From: Acaryochloridaceae cyanobacterium VAR_48_metabat_390
GTDB lineage: Bacteria; Cyanobacteriota; Cyanobacteriia; Thermosynechococcales; Thermosynechococcaceae
Direction: 5' to 3'
Length of the DNA stretch: 64,000 bases
NCBI GenBank assembly: GCA_031422435.1
Contig: JANPLU010000030.1
Span: forward strand, 1 to 64,000
Shown here: positions 41,463 to 51,288 of the stretch, one piece after another
Position numbering within the stretch: the first letter of the stretch is position 1
Layout: every line of letters begins with the position of its first letter
Notes under the pieces: model-generated
Databases searched by the model: none
Told to the model about the DNA's origin: nothing
Seen by the model: the letters and a program-made list of their open reading frames with translations, nothing else
Position numbers and translations under genes: made by a program

Positions 41463-42074
41463 CTAATAAAACAGCAAAACACGCAGAAGATATGCCAAGG
41501 CCGCGATGGTGCATACAATAATAAATTGACCAGGCAGAGGATAAATGGAGTATTGCAAAACGGCGTTCCACCAGTTGGCTGTGGTAATTCTAAACACTGA
41601 CAGAATCGTCAAGTAGGTCAGCCCAATCAGATGAATTGCCAATAGGCCATATAGACAGCTCGCAATGAGCGTTTCAATGCGCCGTCGCTGCCGGAAAGCA
41701 ACCGTACCGCAGACCCATGCGGCAGGCAGAAACCCTAGCAGGTAGCCAAAGGTAGGCTCCTTTAAGTACACTAGCCCACCCCCGTGGGCAAAAACCTGGA
41801 GACCACTTAACCCCAGAGCCAAGTACGCAATTTGAGAGAGGGTTGCTGTATTTCGACCTGCCATACAGCCCACCAGCAAAACGGCTCCTACCTGTAGCGT
41901 TACGCCGAGAGAGTAGGTCTGCACCTTGCTCCAGTCAATCGGCCACATAAGCTGAGGCAGAGGAATAGACACCTCAATAAAAACGCCGCTGATGGTTAAG
42001 AGTAGACCAATAATAGCCCACAGCATCCTATCGAGCGGAGAGAGTGCCTGTTCATCGGCTACGGGTTGAGTCAT
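41463..42074 (-). CDS. bioY: Biotin transporter BioY
   Basis: VTLQ, YLALGLSGLQVFAHGGG, PTFGYLLGF. Confidence 0.9.
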   Translation of the reverse strand: MTQPVADEQALSPLDRMLWAIIGLLLTISGVFIEVSIPLPQLMWPIDWSKVQTYSLGVTLQVGAVLLVGCMAGRNTATLSQIAYLALGLSGLQVFAHGGGLVYLKEPTFGYLLGFLPAAWVCGTVAFRQRRRIETLIASCLYGLLAIHLIGLTYLTILSVFRITTANWWNAVLQYSIYPLPGQFIIVCTIAALAYLLRVLLFY

Positions 42075-42299
42075 GGAGGCACCCTGTTCTGTACGAGTCG
42101 AGGCTAGTCTACCCTGAAGTTTACGCACAGACTATTTTTGGGTCGAAATAAACAGCATTGGGCTTGAGATAGGCCATAAAACTTAGGGCAGCTAGGCTAG
42201 CCTGAAAAACGTATTTTAAGAGTCTTCACCCATGAATTTTGGCATTTTAGCATCGTGCTACTCTCTAGCACCAGAACGATGCTAGACTGTTCGTAGACT

Positions 42300-42392
42300 C
42301 GGACCCATGCGGTAACAACGCCTCAACTTTGTCAGAACCGGAAGGTAGCAGCAATACGGGATGCTTGTAACAGGCGTGGACTCCGGGTCGCC
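42300..42392 (+). ncRNA. ffs: Signal recognition particle RNA (4.5S)
   Basis: Helix-8 core TCAGAACCGGAAGGTAGCAGCA; terminal pairing GACCC/GGGTC; followed by a T-run. Confidence 0.93.
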
Positions 42393-42451
42393 TTTTTAGA
42401 AAGGTCGCTTTGACACCGTAGACACAGCATTTAGAGGGGTTTGAGCGAGCA

Positions 42452-42727
42452 ATGGAAAATCTGACAGATACCCTTAAGAAAGCGTTTTACTTGGGTGTCG
42501 GTTTAGCATCTTATGCTGGCGAACAGGCAGGAGACATTCAGGGCAAGGCTCAGGCGTTGGCGGATGATTTAATTCGTCGTGGTGAAGATACAGCCGGAGA
42601 AGCCTCAAAGTTTTTTGACATTTGGATGCCTCAAGCGCCTAGCTCGACGGGGGCTGCGCCAGAGAGTGAGAAACCTCAAAAAATCGAAATTTTGTCTATT
42701 GAAGACGTTGAATCTGATGCTAACTAG
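42452..42727 (+). CDS. Hypothetical phasin-like protein
   Basis: KKAFYLGVGLASYAGE...LADDLIRRGE, C-terminal IEI. Confidence 0.75.
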   Translation: MENLTDTLKKAFYLGVGLASYAGEQAGDIQGKAQALADDLIRRGEDTAGEASKFFDIWMPQAPSSTGAAPESEKPQKIEILSIEDVESDAN

Positions 42728-42789
42728 GCATTTAGGTTAGTGCAGCATTATTTTTATGGGTTTTGTAGCTTGCTCATGGCAGCGCTTAG

Positions 42790-43167
42790 GTGTTGAAAAT
42801 GAACGATTTTTACAAGGCAATTGACGAAACCGCCCTATGGATGGGCAATCTGATTTATCAGGGCTGTGAAACCCTGGTGAAGGAGATTGAGGATGTTTCT
42901 GTTGAGATTGAGGTCGCCTTAGATTTTTATCTAGAGCCAGTCATTGATTGGCTGGGTGAGGTTGAAGACATCATTAGTGATACAAGTCGCCCTTTCGTGC
43001 AGACCGTTACGCCTGCACTACAAGATCATCCCAATTGCGTTGGCTGTAATCACTATCATGGCGAAGCCTACGGCGGAAATGTGTTGGTTTGCGCAATGCA
43101 TCCCTATGGCGTTGAGGAGAAGAACTGCCCAGATTGGGAATCAGTTTGGCAGAATAATTCCCAATAA
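42790..43167 (+). CDS. Hypothetical protein with C-terminal Cys cluster
   Basis: CVGC...LVCAMHPYG...CPDW. Confidence 0.8.
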   Translation: MLKMNDFYKAIDETALWMGNLIYQGCETLVKEIEDVSVEIEVALDFYLEPVIDWLGEVEDIISDTSRPFVQTVTPALQDHPNCVGCNHYHGEAYGGNVLVCAMHPYGVEEKNCPDWESVWQNNSQ

Positions 43168-43190
43168 GAAATAGACTTTTTTTAACTTGG

Positions 43191-44219
43191 TTATGAGGGA
43201 AGCCCGATTAGGTTTTGATTGCCAGAGGTGACGCTCCCGATCGCAAAGGCACTAATCTGCTGACGGCTAAACCATGACACCACCTGTTCTGACTGGGCTT
43301 GCGGGACAATTACGACAAAGCCAATCCCCATGTTAAAGGTGTTAAACATGTCTATCGCGGCAACGTTGCCTGCTTCGGCTAACCACTGAAACACAGGTGA
43401 GGTAGGCCATGCTGTTGTATCTAGGGCGATCGCCTGATCTCCCCCTAAACATCGCGGCAGATTTTCGGGTAGGCCACCCCCTGTAATGTGAGCCATGCCG
43501 TGAATGTCTAAACCTGAAGCCCGTGCTGCCAACACTGCTTTGACATAGAGTTGCGTAGGGGTGAGAAACACTTCCCCTAAAGATTGTCCGTTAAAGAGGA
43601 GGGGGCGATCGCTCCAGCTAAAGCCACCATCCTTCACAATCTTGCGGACCAGACTAAAGCCATTGCTGTGGACACCGCTGCTGGCTAACCCGATCGCCAC
43701 GTCTCCTATTTGAATGCGAGAGCCATCTAGCAGATTGCGCTCCTCGACAATGCCGACGCAAAACCCAGCTAAATCATACTCATTGGGCTGGTAAAAACCA
43801 GGCATTTCTGCCGTTTCGCCGCCCAGTAGCGCGCAGCCCGACTGCTCACAGCCCTTGGCAATGCCTTCCACAACCTGAACGAGCTGCTGTGGCTCTAGCT
43901 TGCCCGTGGCAACATAGTCTAGAAAAAACAGCGGCTCTGCACCACAGGTCAACACGTCATTGACGCACATGGCGACTAGATCAATGCCAACCGTGCGGTG
44001 TTGATTGAGTTCGTGGGCTAACTTCAGCTTGGTGCCAACGCCATCGGTGCCTGAGACTAAGATAGGTTCGTCATAGCCCTTGGGTACACGAAAGAGTCCA
44101 CCAAACCCACCTAAGCCACCCAATACTTCTGGACGCGCCGTGCGCTCTACCATTCCCTTAATCTGACGGACAAAATCTCTCCCCGCCTCAACATCGACCC
44201 CAGCGTCACGATAATCCAT
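43191..44219 (-). CDS. purM: AIR synthetase
   Basis: [34 protein letters not shown]. Confidence 0.98.
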   Translation of the reverse strand: MDYRDAGVDVEAGRDFVRQIKGMVERTARPEVLGGLGGFGGLFRVPKGYDEPILVSGTDGVGTKLKLAHELNQHRTVGIDLVAMCVNDVLTCGAEPLFFLDYVATGKLEPQQLVQVVEGIAKGCEQSGCALLGGETAEMPGFYQPNEYDLAGFCVGIVEERNLLDGSRIQIGDVAIGLASSGVHSNGFSLVRKIVKDGGFSWSDRPLLFNGQSLGEVFLTPTQLYVKAVLAARASGLDIHGMAHITGGGLPENLPRCLGGDQAIALDTTAWPTSPVFQWLAEAGNVAAIDMFNTFNMGIGFVVIVPQAQSEQVVSWFSRQQISAFAIGSVTSGNQNLIGLPS

Positions 44220-44394
44220 AGAAATGTGTGGTTAAACCTTTAGTGAGTAGAGTGACCATGCAGAAGAACTGGAGGCAGAATTTAATGCTTATACATAGTA
44301 GGCATTAGATCCTTAAGGTCAGAGAGTATTTTATCCCTAGACAGCCTCTCTGTTCGGCTTTTGTTCTGATACCTTGCCTTAAACAATCCCTTCA

Positions 44395-44449
44395 CGCTGC
44401 GTAAAAATACGCAAAATAGCCCTTTTTACTCCCGTATTTTTACGCAGCG
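44395..44449. promoter_or_regulatory. 17-bp perfect inverted repeat with 21-bp spacer in the purM/rlpA divergent promoter
   Basis: CGCTGCGTAAAAATACG ... CGTATTTTTACGCAGCG. Confidence 0.6.
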
Positions 44450-44846
44450 AGGAAAAGCACTTTAAATTGCGACGGTGGAAACACCGTTTAACTATGCACC
44501 TAAGACAGAAAAATGTTCAAAAAATCAAACGCTAATTAAACAAATCATAAGAAATACTCATGACTGAGACCGCTGTTAAGAATCATCTCAAAGTTAGTTT
44601 GTGAGGGGATTTGGCATAAGTTGACCTATTGCATTTGTAGAGGATCTTTCGCTGTGGGTACTCAGTTAAACTGGATCCCTTCAGAGAATACCCTGATCCC
44701 TGGGTCAGGCGGGTCATGATAGGGTAAGACTGTTTCGGTAGTAAAGAGCGAATTCGGAACGAGTACGAGTTAGAAAAGGGCGCTTTAGCGCCCTTGATAG
44801 ATGTCATAACTCGGTTCTCAATACTGCCCTCCTCAACGGACGACCT

Positions 44847-45896
44847 ATGAATCAAATTATCTTGACCGGCCTTGCCGCAGCTTTGACCGTGACGGTCGCT
44901 GGTGAAATAACGTCTAGTGATGCAAGCCCCGAGCCGCACAACGCCGCTAATCAGCCTTCTTCTAATTCAGCACAGACGGCTGCTTCTGGCAACACCGCAA
45001 TAAAGATTGCGCAGCAGATGCAGACTGCCAGCGCGACAAAAGTAGGCACACGTCAATCTACGGTCGAATCGTCGGAACCTGCTGTAGCTAGGGTTATGGT
45101 GCATCAAAAAAATGGGCGACAGGCGACCACGGTGTACGTCCGCAATATTCCCGTTGTTACTTTTTTAGGCGTGGAGCAAAGCGCTGCAAACCCAGAAGGG
45201 GTGAAGATTGCGACGGCTGAATTAGACCCATCTAAGCTTGCGGCGATCGCAAACGCTTCTTCAAAAGCTGTCGCTGACCCGATTTGGCGTGCAACCACCA
45301 TTGCCGGAAGGCTCAACCAGTTGGCAGCATCGGGGACTGATGCCAAAGCAGTTGCAAATTCTATTAAAGTCGTTTGGAGCGAGAAACGCCAAAGCTATTT
45401 AGTACAGGCCAGTAACCAACACCTGATTGAGGTGACGGCTCACAATACGCAGTTGCCCAGCGCTAGCAAAGATGCCGCAAAAGATGCGCTGAAAGTTGCC
45501 AATCGACTGCGCTATCAGTTGGGCAATGCAGCTCCGCTTAAAGCCGTCGAGGGAATGCCTAAGCCAAAGAAGAATGTGCAGACCTTAGCGATGGGACCAA
45601 TTCGGTTTCAAGTTCAGGGCATGGCTTCTTGGTATGGCCCTGGATTTGACGGCAACTACACCGCAAATGGCGAAGTTTTTAACCAGTACGCTCTTACTGC
45701 CGCCCACCGCTACCTGCCGTTTGGGACAAAGGTGCGCGTGACCAATCTCGACAACGGTCGCTCTGTGGTAGTGCGCATTAATGACCGTGGTCCCTTTGTG
45801 GGCGATCGCGTTTTAGACCTCTCTCGCGGTGCAGCTCAAATTCTGGGTACGGTTAGCTCAGGCGTTTCTTCAGTACGTCTAGATATTTTAGAGTAG
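44847..45896 (+). CDS. rlpA: Septal ring lytic transglycosylase RlpA family protein
   Basis: GMASWYG, TANGE, AAHRYLPFGT, RINDRGPF, LDLS. Confidence 0.92.
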   Translation: MNQIILTGLAAALTVTVAGEITSSDASPEPHNAANQPSSNSAQTAASGNTAIKIAQQMQTASATKVGTRQSTVESSEPAVARVMVHQKNGRQATTVYVRNIPVVTFLGVEQSAANPEGVKIATAELDPSKLAAIANASSKAVADPIWRATTIAGRLNQLAASGTDAKAVANSIKVVWSEKRQSYLVQASNQHLIEVTAHNTQLPSASKDAAKDALKVANRLRYQLGNAAPLKAVEGMPKPKKNVQTLAMGPIRFQVQGMASWYGPGFDGNYTANGEVFNQYALTAAHRYLPFGTKVRVTNLDNGRSVVVRINDRGPFVGDRVLDLSRGAAQILGTVSSGVSSVRLDILE

Positions 45897-45905
45897 CCAC
45901 AGCTG

Positions 45906-48122
45906 CTAGAGCAGTTCGTGAGTTTCTAGTGGGAGAGCGAGATCAATCCAGGGCATTAATGGCCCGAGTTGAGGCTGTCCAGTCACTGCAAGCTCACTGT
46001 GACAAAGGTACACTCGCTCTTGCACTCTCCCCAAGAGATTGAGCAGGGTACTTTTAAGGCGCGGATTGTATGGCTGGGCGATTTCTTCGGGCTTGGGTAA
46101 GCTTTCTTCGGGCTTGGGTAAGCTTTCTTCAGCAGGTTCGGTAGTGGAAGCAGCGGCAGCATTTAGAAATAACGCTGCACCCCATAGTTCAAAATCGCCA
46201 CTGTACTGCCAAAGCTGAGAGCCTGAGTCTAGCCAAAACTGCCACCGATGGGTGAGGTGAGCGTTGAGATACTGAAACGTCGTTGCCAAAATGACAGAAG
46301 AACGAGACTGCTGGGCAATGGTTGTGGGGTAAGGATTTGCCGTCACAACACCTCGATGTAAAAGCTGGATAAAATCGCCGACGGTTTCTGGCAAGGTGAG
46401 CCAAGGCTTTTCAATTTTGCGTAGGCGAGTATCAACGTCCCAGTAATGCTGCGCGGTTTCAATGAGTTCCCGCAATACCGCAAGCTGGTCAACACTTAAG
46501 GGGCGTGCCATCAGAAAGGTCTGAATAGCACGATCTAAAACAAAAATAGGACTAAGGGTTAGGTAGGCCGCAGAGTAGTCTGGCGCGGTTGTGTCGGACT
46601 GAGTGCTTTGGGCGGCGCCCTGCTGTTGAGCAATCCACTGCCGCAGCGTTTCATAAGCTTTGGCAGCACTGTAGCCAATCCGATCCCATCGGGCATATAC
46701 CTCAATGGGCAATAGTTCTGGATGGTCTGGATGAGGGCGAAAGCAGAAATCTGCCAATAGTCCTGCCCGAATCGGGTCAATGGTATTGCGGCCTTCAAGC
46801 GGTTTTGAAGCGGGGCAAAGTGGGGTTAAAGCCACCAGCATTTCGGCAATTTGCTCGGTATCGAGCAGATGCCCCAGACCTGGATAGACCAGCGCGAGAA
46901 GGGTGAGGAGCGATCGCACCATTGCCGTACTTTGAATGGGCCGCTGGTCGCGTAAAGACTCGACTGTAATTCCGGCGTTTTGAAGGGTTTCGATAATGCC
47001 GTAGCGCGCCAGGGGGTCTAAGCCTGGGCCAATAATGGCAACTTCTTGGGGCAAAATCTCTCCGGCCTGAATGGAATTTGCTACCTGCTGTGCCACCGTT
47101 TGTAGTAGCTCAATGCGAGAGGTGGTTTTGAGCACATAAAACTGAGGCTGTTGTTGGCGGCTGGCCTGCTGGAGCGCCAAAGGCATCTCTGAAATTGAGA
47201 CTTGGGCGGCTTCGGCTAAACCTGCTGCTGCGGGTAAAACAATTTCTGTACAGCGCTGCTTTAGACCCAGCAAATAGACAGAATCTGCCCCTAGCCCATC
47301 ACGAATTCCGCCCAGTTCGCTGTAGGTAAAGAGGCTGGGTACCCCTAAATCCATCGCGGTTTCAAAGAAGGATCGGGTGATCGCCGGATAGTTTTCGACA
47401 TCATCAGCGGCGATCGCGCCAAAGCGCTGAGGCAACTGACTGCGATAGGTGGGATGGGGCAATATGTACTGCCAAAATAAATCTGTAATTAGCCCATAGG
47501 TCAAGATCCCGCGCTTTAGGCACCAATCCTGCCACTGTAAGGCCATCTGTTGAACTAAATCTGCGAGAGGAGGTGGGAGGGTTACGGTAGTAGGGCCTGT
47601 TTTGAGGCGTGCTGCGATTTCTGTAAAGGGCGTACCGCTAAAGGCCGCAAGCTGAATTAAATCCAAAATTCGACGTATCCAGCGATCAGGCGGAACCCCT
47701 TCATGGTTGCGAAGTTGTGCAATGGAACCTGTCCCCCAAAGCCGAAACGCCAAAGCCTGCTCAGTTTCAGGTCGCAGGCGATACGGGAAATAGCCGCGCA
47801 AACCCAACTGCCCAATCACCAGTGGCCAAAAAAGCTGCACCTCTGACTCGAAGAAAGCCAGGGGAGTAGTAGACGTAATATTGCTGCGACCCTTGATTTG
47901 TCCAGCAATGCGCCGCATCAACACGCTTCGATTATCTGCATTGGCTGCAAAAACCAAATGCTCTTGGCCTAAGGGTGTTTGACGTTGTGCAACGGGTACA
48001 AACTTCCCTTGAGCATCTAAGCCTTGCGGGGCTGCAAACAGCTCGCGGCTCCACAGCTCAAGTTGAGCAATTAGCGACGCCGTTTTACCAGACTGGACAG
48101 AACCCGTCACCCAGAAAAACAT
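45906..48122 (-). CDS. Hypothetical protein, degenerate UvrD/SF1 helicase-like P-loop
   Basis: GSVQSGKT Walker A, ADDVENY Walker-B-like, LLNLLGRVQERVYL motif-VI-like. Confidence 0.75.
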   Translation of the reverse strand: MFFWVTGSVQSGKTASLIAQLELWSRELFAAPQGLDAQGKFVPVAQRQTPLGQEHLVFAANADNRSVLMRRIAGQIKGRSNITSTTPLAFFESEVQLFWPLVIGQLGLRGYFPYRLRPETEQALAFRLWGTGSIAQLRNHEGVPPDRWIRRILDLIQLAAFSGTPFTEIAARLKTGPTTVTLPPPLADLVQQMALQWQDWCLKRGILTYGLITDLFWQYILPHPTYRSQLPQRFGAIAADDVENYPAITRSFFETAMDLGVPSLFTYSELGGIRDGLGADSVYLLGLKQRCTEIVLPAAAGLAEAAQVSISEMPLALQQASRQQQPQFYVLKTTSRIELLQTVAQQVANSIQAGEILPQEVAIIGPGLDPLARYGIIETLQNAGITVESLRDQRPIQSTAMVRSLLTLLALVYPGLGHLLDTEQIAEMLVALTPLCPASKPLEGRNTIDPIRAGLLADFCFRPHPDHPELLPIEVYARWDRIGYSAAKAYETLRQWIAQQQGAAQSTQSDTTAPDYSAAYLTLSPIFVLDRAIQTFLMARPLSVDQLAVLRELIETAQHYWDVDTRLRKIEKPWLTLPETVGDFIQLLHRGVVTANPYPTTIAQQSRSSVILATTFQYLNAHLTHRWQFWLDSGSQLWQYSGDFELWGAALFLNAAAASTTEPAEESLPKPEESLPKPEEIAQPYNPRLKSTLLNLLGRVQERVYLCHSELAVTGQPQLGPLMPWIDLALPLETHELL
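46082..46130. repeat. 21-bp tandem duplication (2.3 copies) in coding sequence
   Basis: TTTCTTCGGGCTTGGGTAAGC x2, encoding EESLPKP x2. Confidence 0.9.
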
Positions 48123-48179
48123 AAAAGATACATTCTGAACAAATTCAGATTTGATAGGATACGGCATACTCAATTTAAC

Positions 48180-49661
48180 GTGTCATTTCAATCTCTAATG
48201 AATCGTTCTGTGTGGGCTCGACTGAAACAATCTCTAACTGCCGCAGAACAGTGGTATCGCAAAACGCCTGAACGGGCGCTAAACGAAGCTTACGAGGCAG
48301 CTCAAGCTATTAAACGTCTAGAAGATCAATACTCTAGCGGAACCACCATTGACCTCTACGCTCAAGGAGAAGGTGCTATCTCGGCCTATCTCCAGACTCA
48401 AATTAGTCGGCATCTCAAAACCATCCGGATGCGTCTCACAGAATATCGGTTTTGTAGCCCAATCGTTGAAACCGAGCTGCCTGAAGAAAGCAGCAGTAGC
48501 GGCAATATTCCAAAAGGGCAAGACTATAGCCGTCAGCGCAAGGTTTCCGCAGCGGTAGACACCAATTCATTCACGACTGAGTACACTCTTTCCAACGATC
48601 AGTACGTTGCGGTGAGCGCCTCAAGCGTTGATCTGTCCCAAGAAATGTTAGGGAAACTCCAGTTTATTGATTCAGTTTTGGTTCGGTATGAGCCTTGGCG
48701 ACTTCCTCCTCAGTCCGCTATGCCATCCAGCAGTACAGACTTACTCAAGGCTGACCTTACTGCGAATGGTCAGCCCTCATCACCATCGCTACAGTCAGCC
48801 CAAGCATCTTTTTATCAATCTGGTAGTGCCGCTGTAAGTGGTCGTCAGGGGGGTAGCAAGGCTACGGGAGGCCGATTTATTCCGCGTTCAATTTTCAAAA
48901 CTGTTGACCGCTTCCGTAGAGAGATTGACCCCAATCCTCAGACAGAAGAAGAAATGGTTCAAGATTTTCGGACGGCACGCGCTCGAACCCGTTCAGCCAC
49001 TCGATTTTTGCTACTGCTCATTATTTTACCGCTGCTCACTCAGCAGATTTCTAAAGCAGTGTTGGTGGGTCCTATCGTAGACCATCTTAAAGGTGCGGTT
49101 CAGATTGAGGCTTGGGTTAACCCTAGGGTCGAAGAAAAGTTTGTCACAGAGATGGTGTCTTTTGAGGAAAAACTAAAGTTTCAGAACCTTTTTACTGCGA
49201 CAACGCGCTCTGCTGAAGAGATGGAGTTAGCCCTTAGAGAAAAGGCGACTAAGGTCAAGGAAGATTTACAGAAAGAACTAAAAGAGCCAGTTAAAAATAT
49301 CTTTGCAGATTTCATCTCACTTATCGTCTTCTCGGCACTTATCCTGACCGGACGGCAGGATATTGCAACGCTAAAAACCTGGATTGATGAGGTTATTTAC
49401 GGTCTTAGCGATAGCGCAAAAGCTTTCATTATCATTTTATTTACAGATGTCTTTGTGGGGTTCCACTCTCCCCACGGTTGGGAGGTCATTATGGAAAGCA
49501 CCTTTGAACATTTTGGGCTGCCGCCAAATCAAAGCGTGATTAGTATATTCATTGCAACTTTTCCTGTGATGCTAGATACGGTCTTTAAGTATTGGATCTT
49601 TAAGTATCTCAATCAGCTTTCACCCTCTGCGGTGGCAACCTACAAAAATATGAACGAGTAG
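48180..49661 (+). CDS. cemA: Proton extrusion protein PxcA/CemA
   Basis: TPERAL, LSDSAKAF, FVGFHSPHGWE, FPVMLDTVFKYW. Confidence 0.93.
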   Translation: MSFQSLMNRSVWARLKQSLTAAEQWYRKTPERALNEAYEAAQAIKRLEDQYSSGTTIDLYAQGEGAISAYLQTQISRHLKTIRMRLTEYRFCSPIVETELPEESSSSGNIPKGQDYSRQRKVSAAVDTNSFTTEYTLSNDQYVAVSASSVDLSQEMLGKLQFIDSVLVRYEPWRLPPQSAMPSSSTDLLKADLTANGQPSSPSLQSAQASFYQSGSAAVSGRQGGSKATGGRFIPRSIFKTVDRFRREIDPNPQTEEEMVQDFRTARARTRSATRFLLLLIILPLLTQQISKAVLVGPIVDHLKGAVQIEAWVNPRVEEKFVTEMVSFEEKLKFQNLFTATTRSAEEMELALREKATKVKEDLQKELKEPVKNIFADFISLIVFSALILTGRQDIATLKTWIDEVIYGLSDSAKAFIIILFTDVFVGFHSPHGWEVIMESTFEHFGLPPNQSVISIFIATFPVMLDTVFKYWIFKYLNQLSPSAVATYKNMNE

Positions 49662-49764
49662 GATAAGTACAGGCATAAATTCTCAAATAAAATATTTTGC
49701 ATCTGAGGAAACGAAGCTGATAGGATTGGACTCGACTAAGCCTCTATGTTTGAGCGATCGCTGG

Positions 49765-50502
49765 ATGTCCGTCTCCCCTAACCCGCTGCTGCATGTTGAA
49801 TCCGTTTTTGCTGGTTATGTACCAGGACTAGATATATTACAGGGCACTAATCTTTACGTCGCACCTGGTGAACTGATTGCCATTATTGGCCCTAATGGTG
49901 CTGGTAAATCAACGTTGGCAAAGTGTATCTGTGGGCTAGTGCCACCCCACACAGGACAGATTATTTTTCAAGGTCAAAACGTTTCGAAGCTAAAGCCCAA
50001 TGAAATTGTGGCACGAGGGATGTGTTATGTCCCTCAGATTGCCAATGTATTTCGATCTCTGACGGTGGAAGAAAACTTAGAAATGGGCGCTTTTGTGCGG
50101 ACGGTGCCCTTGGGGCCACTCAAGCAAAAAATTTATGATGCGTTTCCTAAACTAGCCCAGCGTCGCAAGCAGCAGGCCGGGACGCTCTCAGGTGGTGAGC
50201 GCCAAATGTTGGCAATGGGACGCGCCATGATGCTAGATCCCAAGCTGCTTATCTTAGATGAACCTTCCGCTGCACTATCCCCGATTTTAGTGGACGAGAT
50301 TTTCGCCAAAATTAAGGACATTAATCACAGCGGCGTTGCAGTTATTCTTGTTGAGCAAAATGCCCGTAAGGCGTTAGCTATTGCTGACCGAGGCTATGTG
50401 CTAGATTCGGGACGCGATCGCTACGAAGGCCCTGGCTCTCAACTTCTTAATGACCCCAAAGTTGGCGCACTCTACCTCGGTGGGCACATCCCTGAAGATT
50501 AA
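49765..50502 (+). CDS. Branched-chain/neutral amino-acid ABC transporter ATPase (LivF/NatE type)
   Basis: GPNGAGKST, AGTLSGGERQMLAMGRA, LDEPSAALSP, VEQN. Confidence 0.9.
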   Translation: MSVSPNPLLHVESVFAGYVPGLDILQGTNLYVAPGELIAIIGPNGAGKSTLAKCICGLVPPHTGQIIFQGQNVSKLKPNEIVARGMCYVPQIANVFRSLTVEENLEMGAFVRTVPLGPLKQKIYDAFPKLAQRRKQQAGTLSGGERQMLAMGRAMMLDPKLLILDEPSAALSPILVDEIFAKIKDINHSGVAVILVEQNARKALAIADRGYVLDSGRDRYEGPGSQLLNDPKVGALYLGGHIPED

Positions 50503-50519
50503 GCCTCTATGGGAGCCTA

Positions 50520-50735
50520 CAAGGGCTAAGGCTGGCGATGGCGGCGGATGCGTCAAGCAGATGGTAGATGTTCTGGCAGCTAGGGCGACTGCTAGGGCGG
50601 ATGATTGGTATCGTCAACCTGGTGATGAACCAGTGCTGAATGAGGGTTTATTCAGCGAGTTTGTCCGGCAGTCGTTGTCCCTGGATTTGAGTGATTTTGT
50701 CGCGGTGCTTGAGCTTTACGTGTGCTCGTTTTCCG
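50520..50735 (+). pseudogene. Possible frameshifted internal fragment of a hypothetical gene
   Basis: Protein-like stretch RLAMAADA / VKQMVDVLAARA...EFVRQSLSLDLSDFV across an apparent frameshift, ending at the IS1 end. Confidence 0.35.
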
Positions 50736-51014
50736 GGTCATGTTCTAAATCTGTAGAATTGAAATCAAATTGCACAACCAAACTTAAAGCAATTAATAAA
50801 CAGTCCCATCACAAGGTCATGCCTCACAACTGTTTTGGAGAAACAAATCGTTTTGCGAGCTAATCGCTTAATGCGAGTGCGGAAAGTCAAATGTTTACGC
50901 TCAATCTTTTGAGTATTGCGCTTATCTACCGTATGCTCAGCGGGGTTTAGCAGGCGTTCATAAGCTCCCCAAGCATCGGTATAAAGCTGAGTAATACTAA
51001 ATCTAATAAGCCTT
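50736..51014 (-). mobile_element. IS1-family remnant (InsB C-terminus plus one terminal repeat)
   Basis: YTDAWGAY...TQKIERKHLTFRTRIKRLARKTICFSK; end motif GGTCATGTTC at 50736. Confidence 0.85.
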
Positions 51015-51282
51015 GTGTGGCTCAAGCCCAGACCTTGAACAGCAAGTTGAAGGGTACAGACAGCTAAAGCGACAACTGACAAATTACTGCACAATCCCGA
51101 TCCTTGAGGTTGAGACAGAAGCGGCTCAAACGTTTCAATGTTTAAGAAAAGCGTATCCACGAGTTAGCACAATGGATTTAAAAATTGCATCGGCTGCATT
51201 GATGCATCAAGCCACGGTGTTGACTGGAAACAGTTCTGACTTTGGACAAATTGCGAGATTGTCTGTAGAGGATTGGGCATAA
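51015..51282 (+). pseudogene. vapC: VapC/PIN toxin, 3' fragment
   Basis: TMDLKIASAAL...VLTGNSSDF...VEDW; N-terminal PIN strand (LDT motif) absent. Confidence 0.75.
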
Positions 51283-51288
51283 GTAAAA

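Noticed and set aside
44583..44939. 118-aa minus-strand ORF
   Set aside because: Antisense to the rlpA start and leader, with no recognisable motifs
50450..51160. ORFs 50450-50863 (+) and 50765-51160 (-) as intact genes
   Set aside because: Both are chimeric read-throughs across remnant junctions
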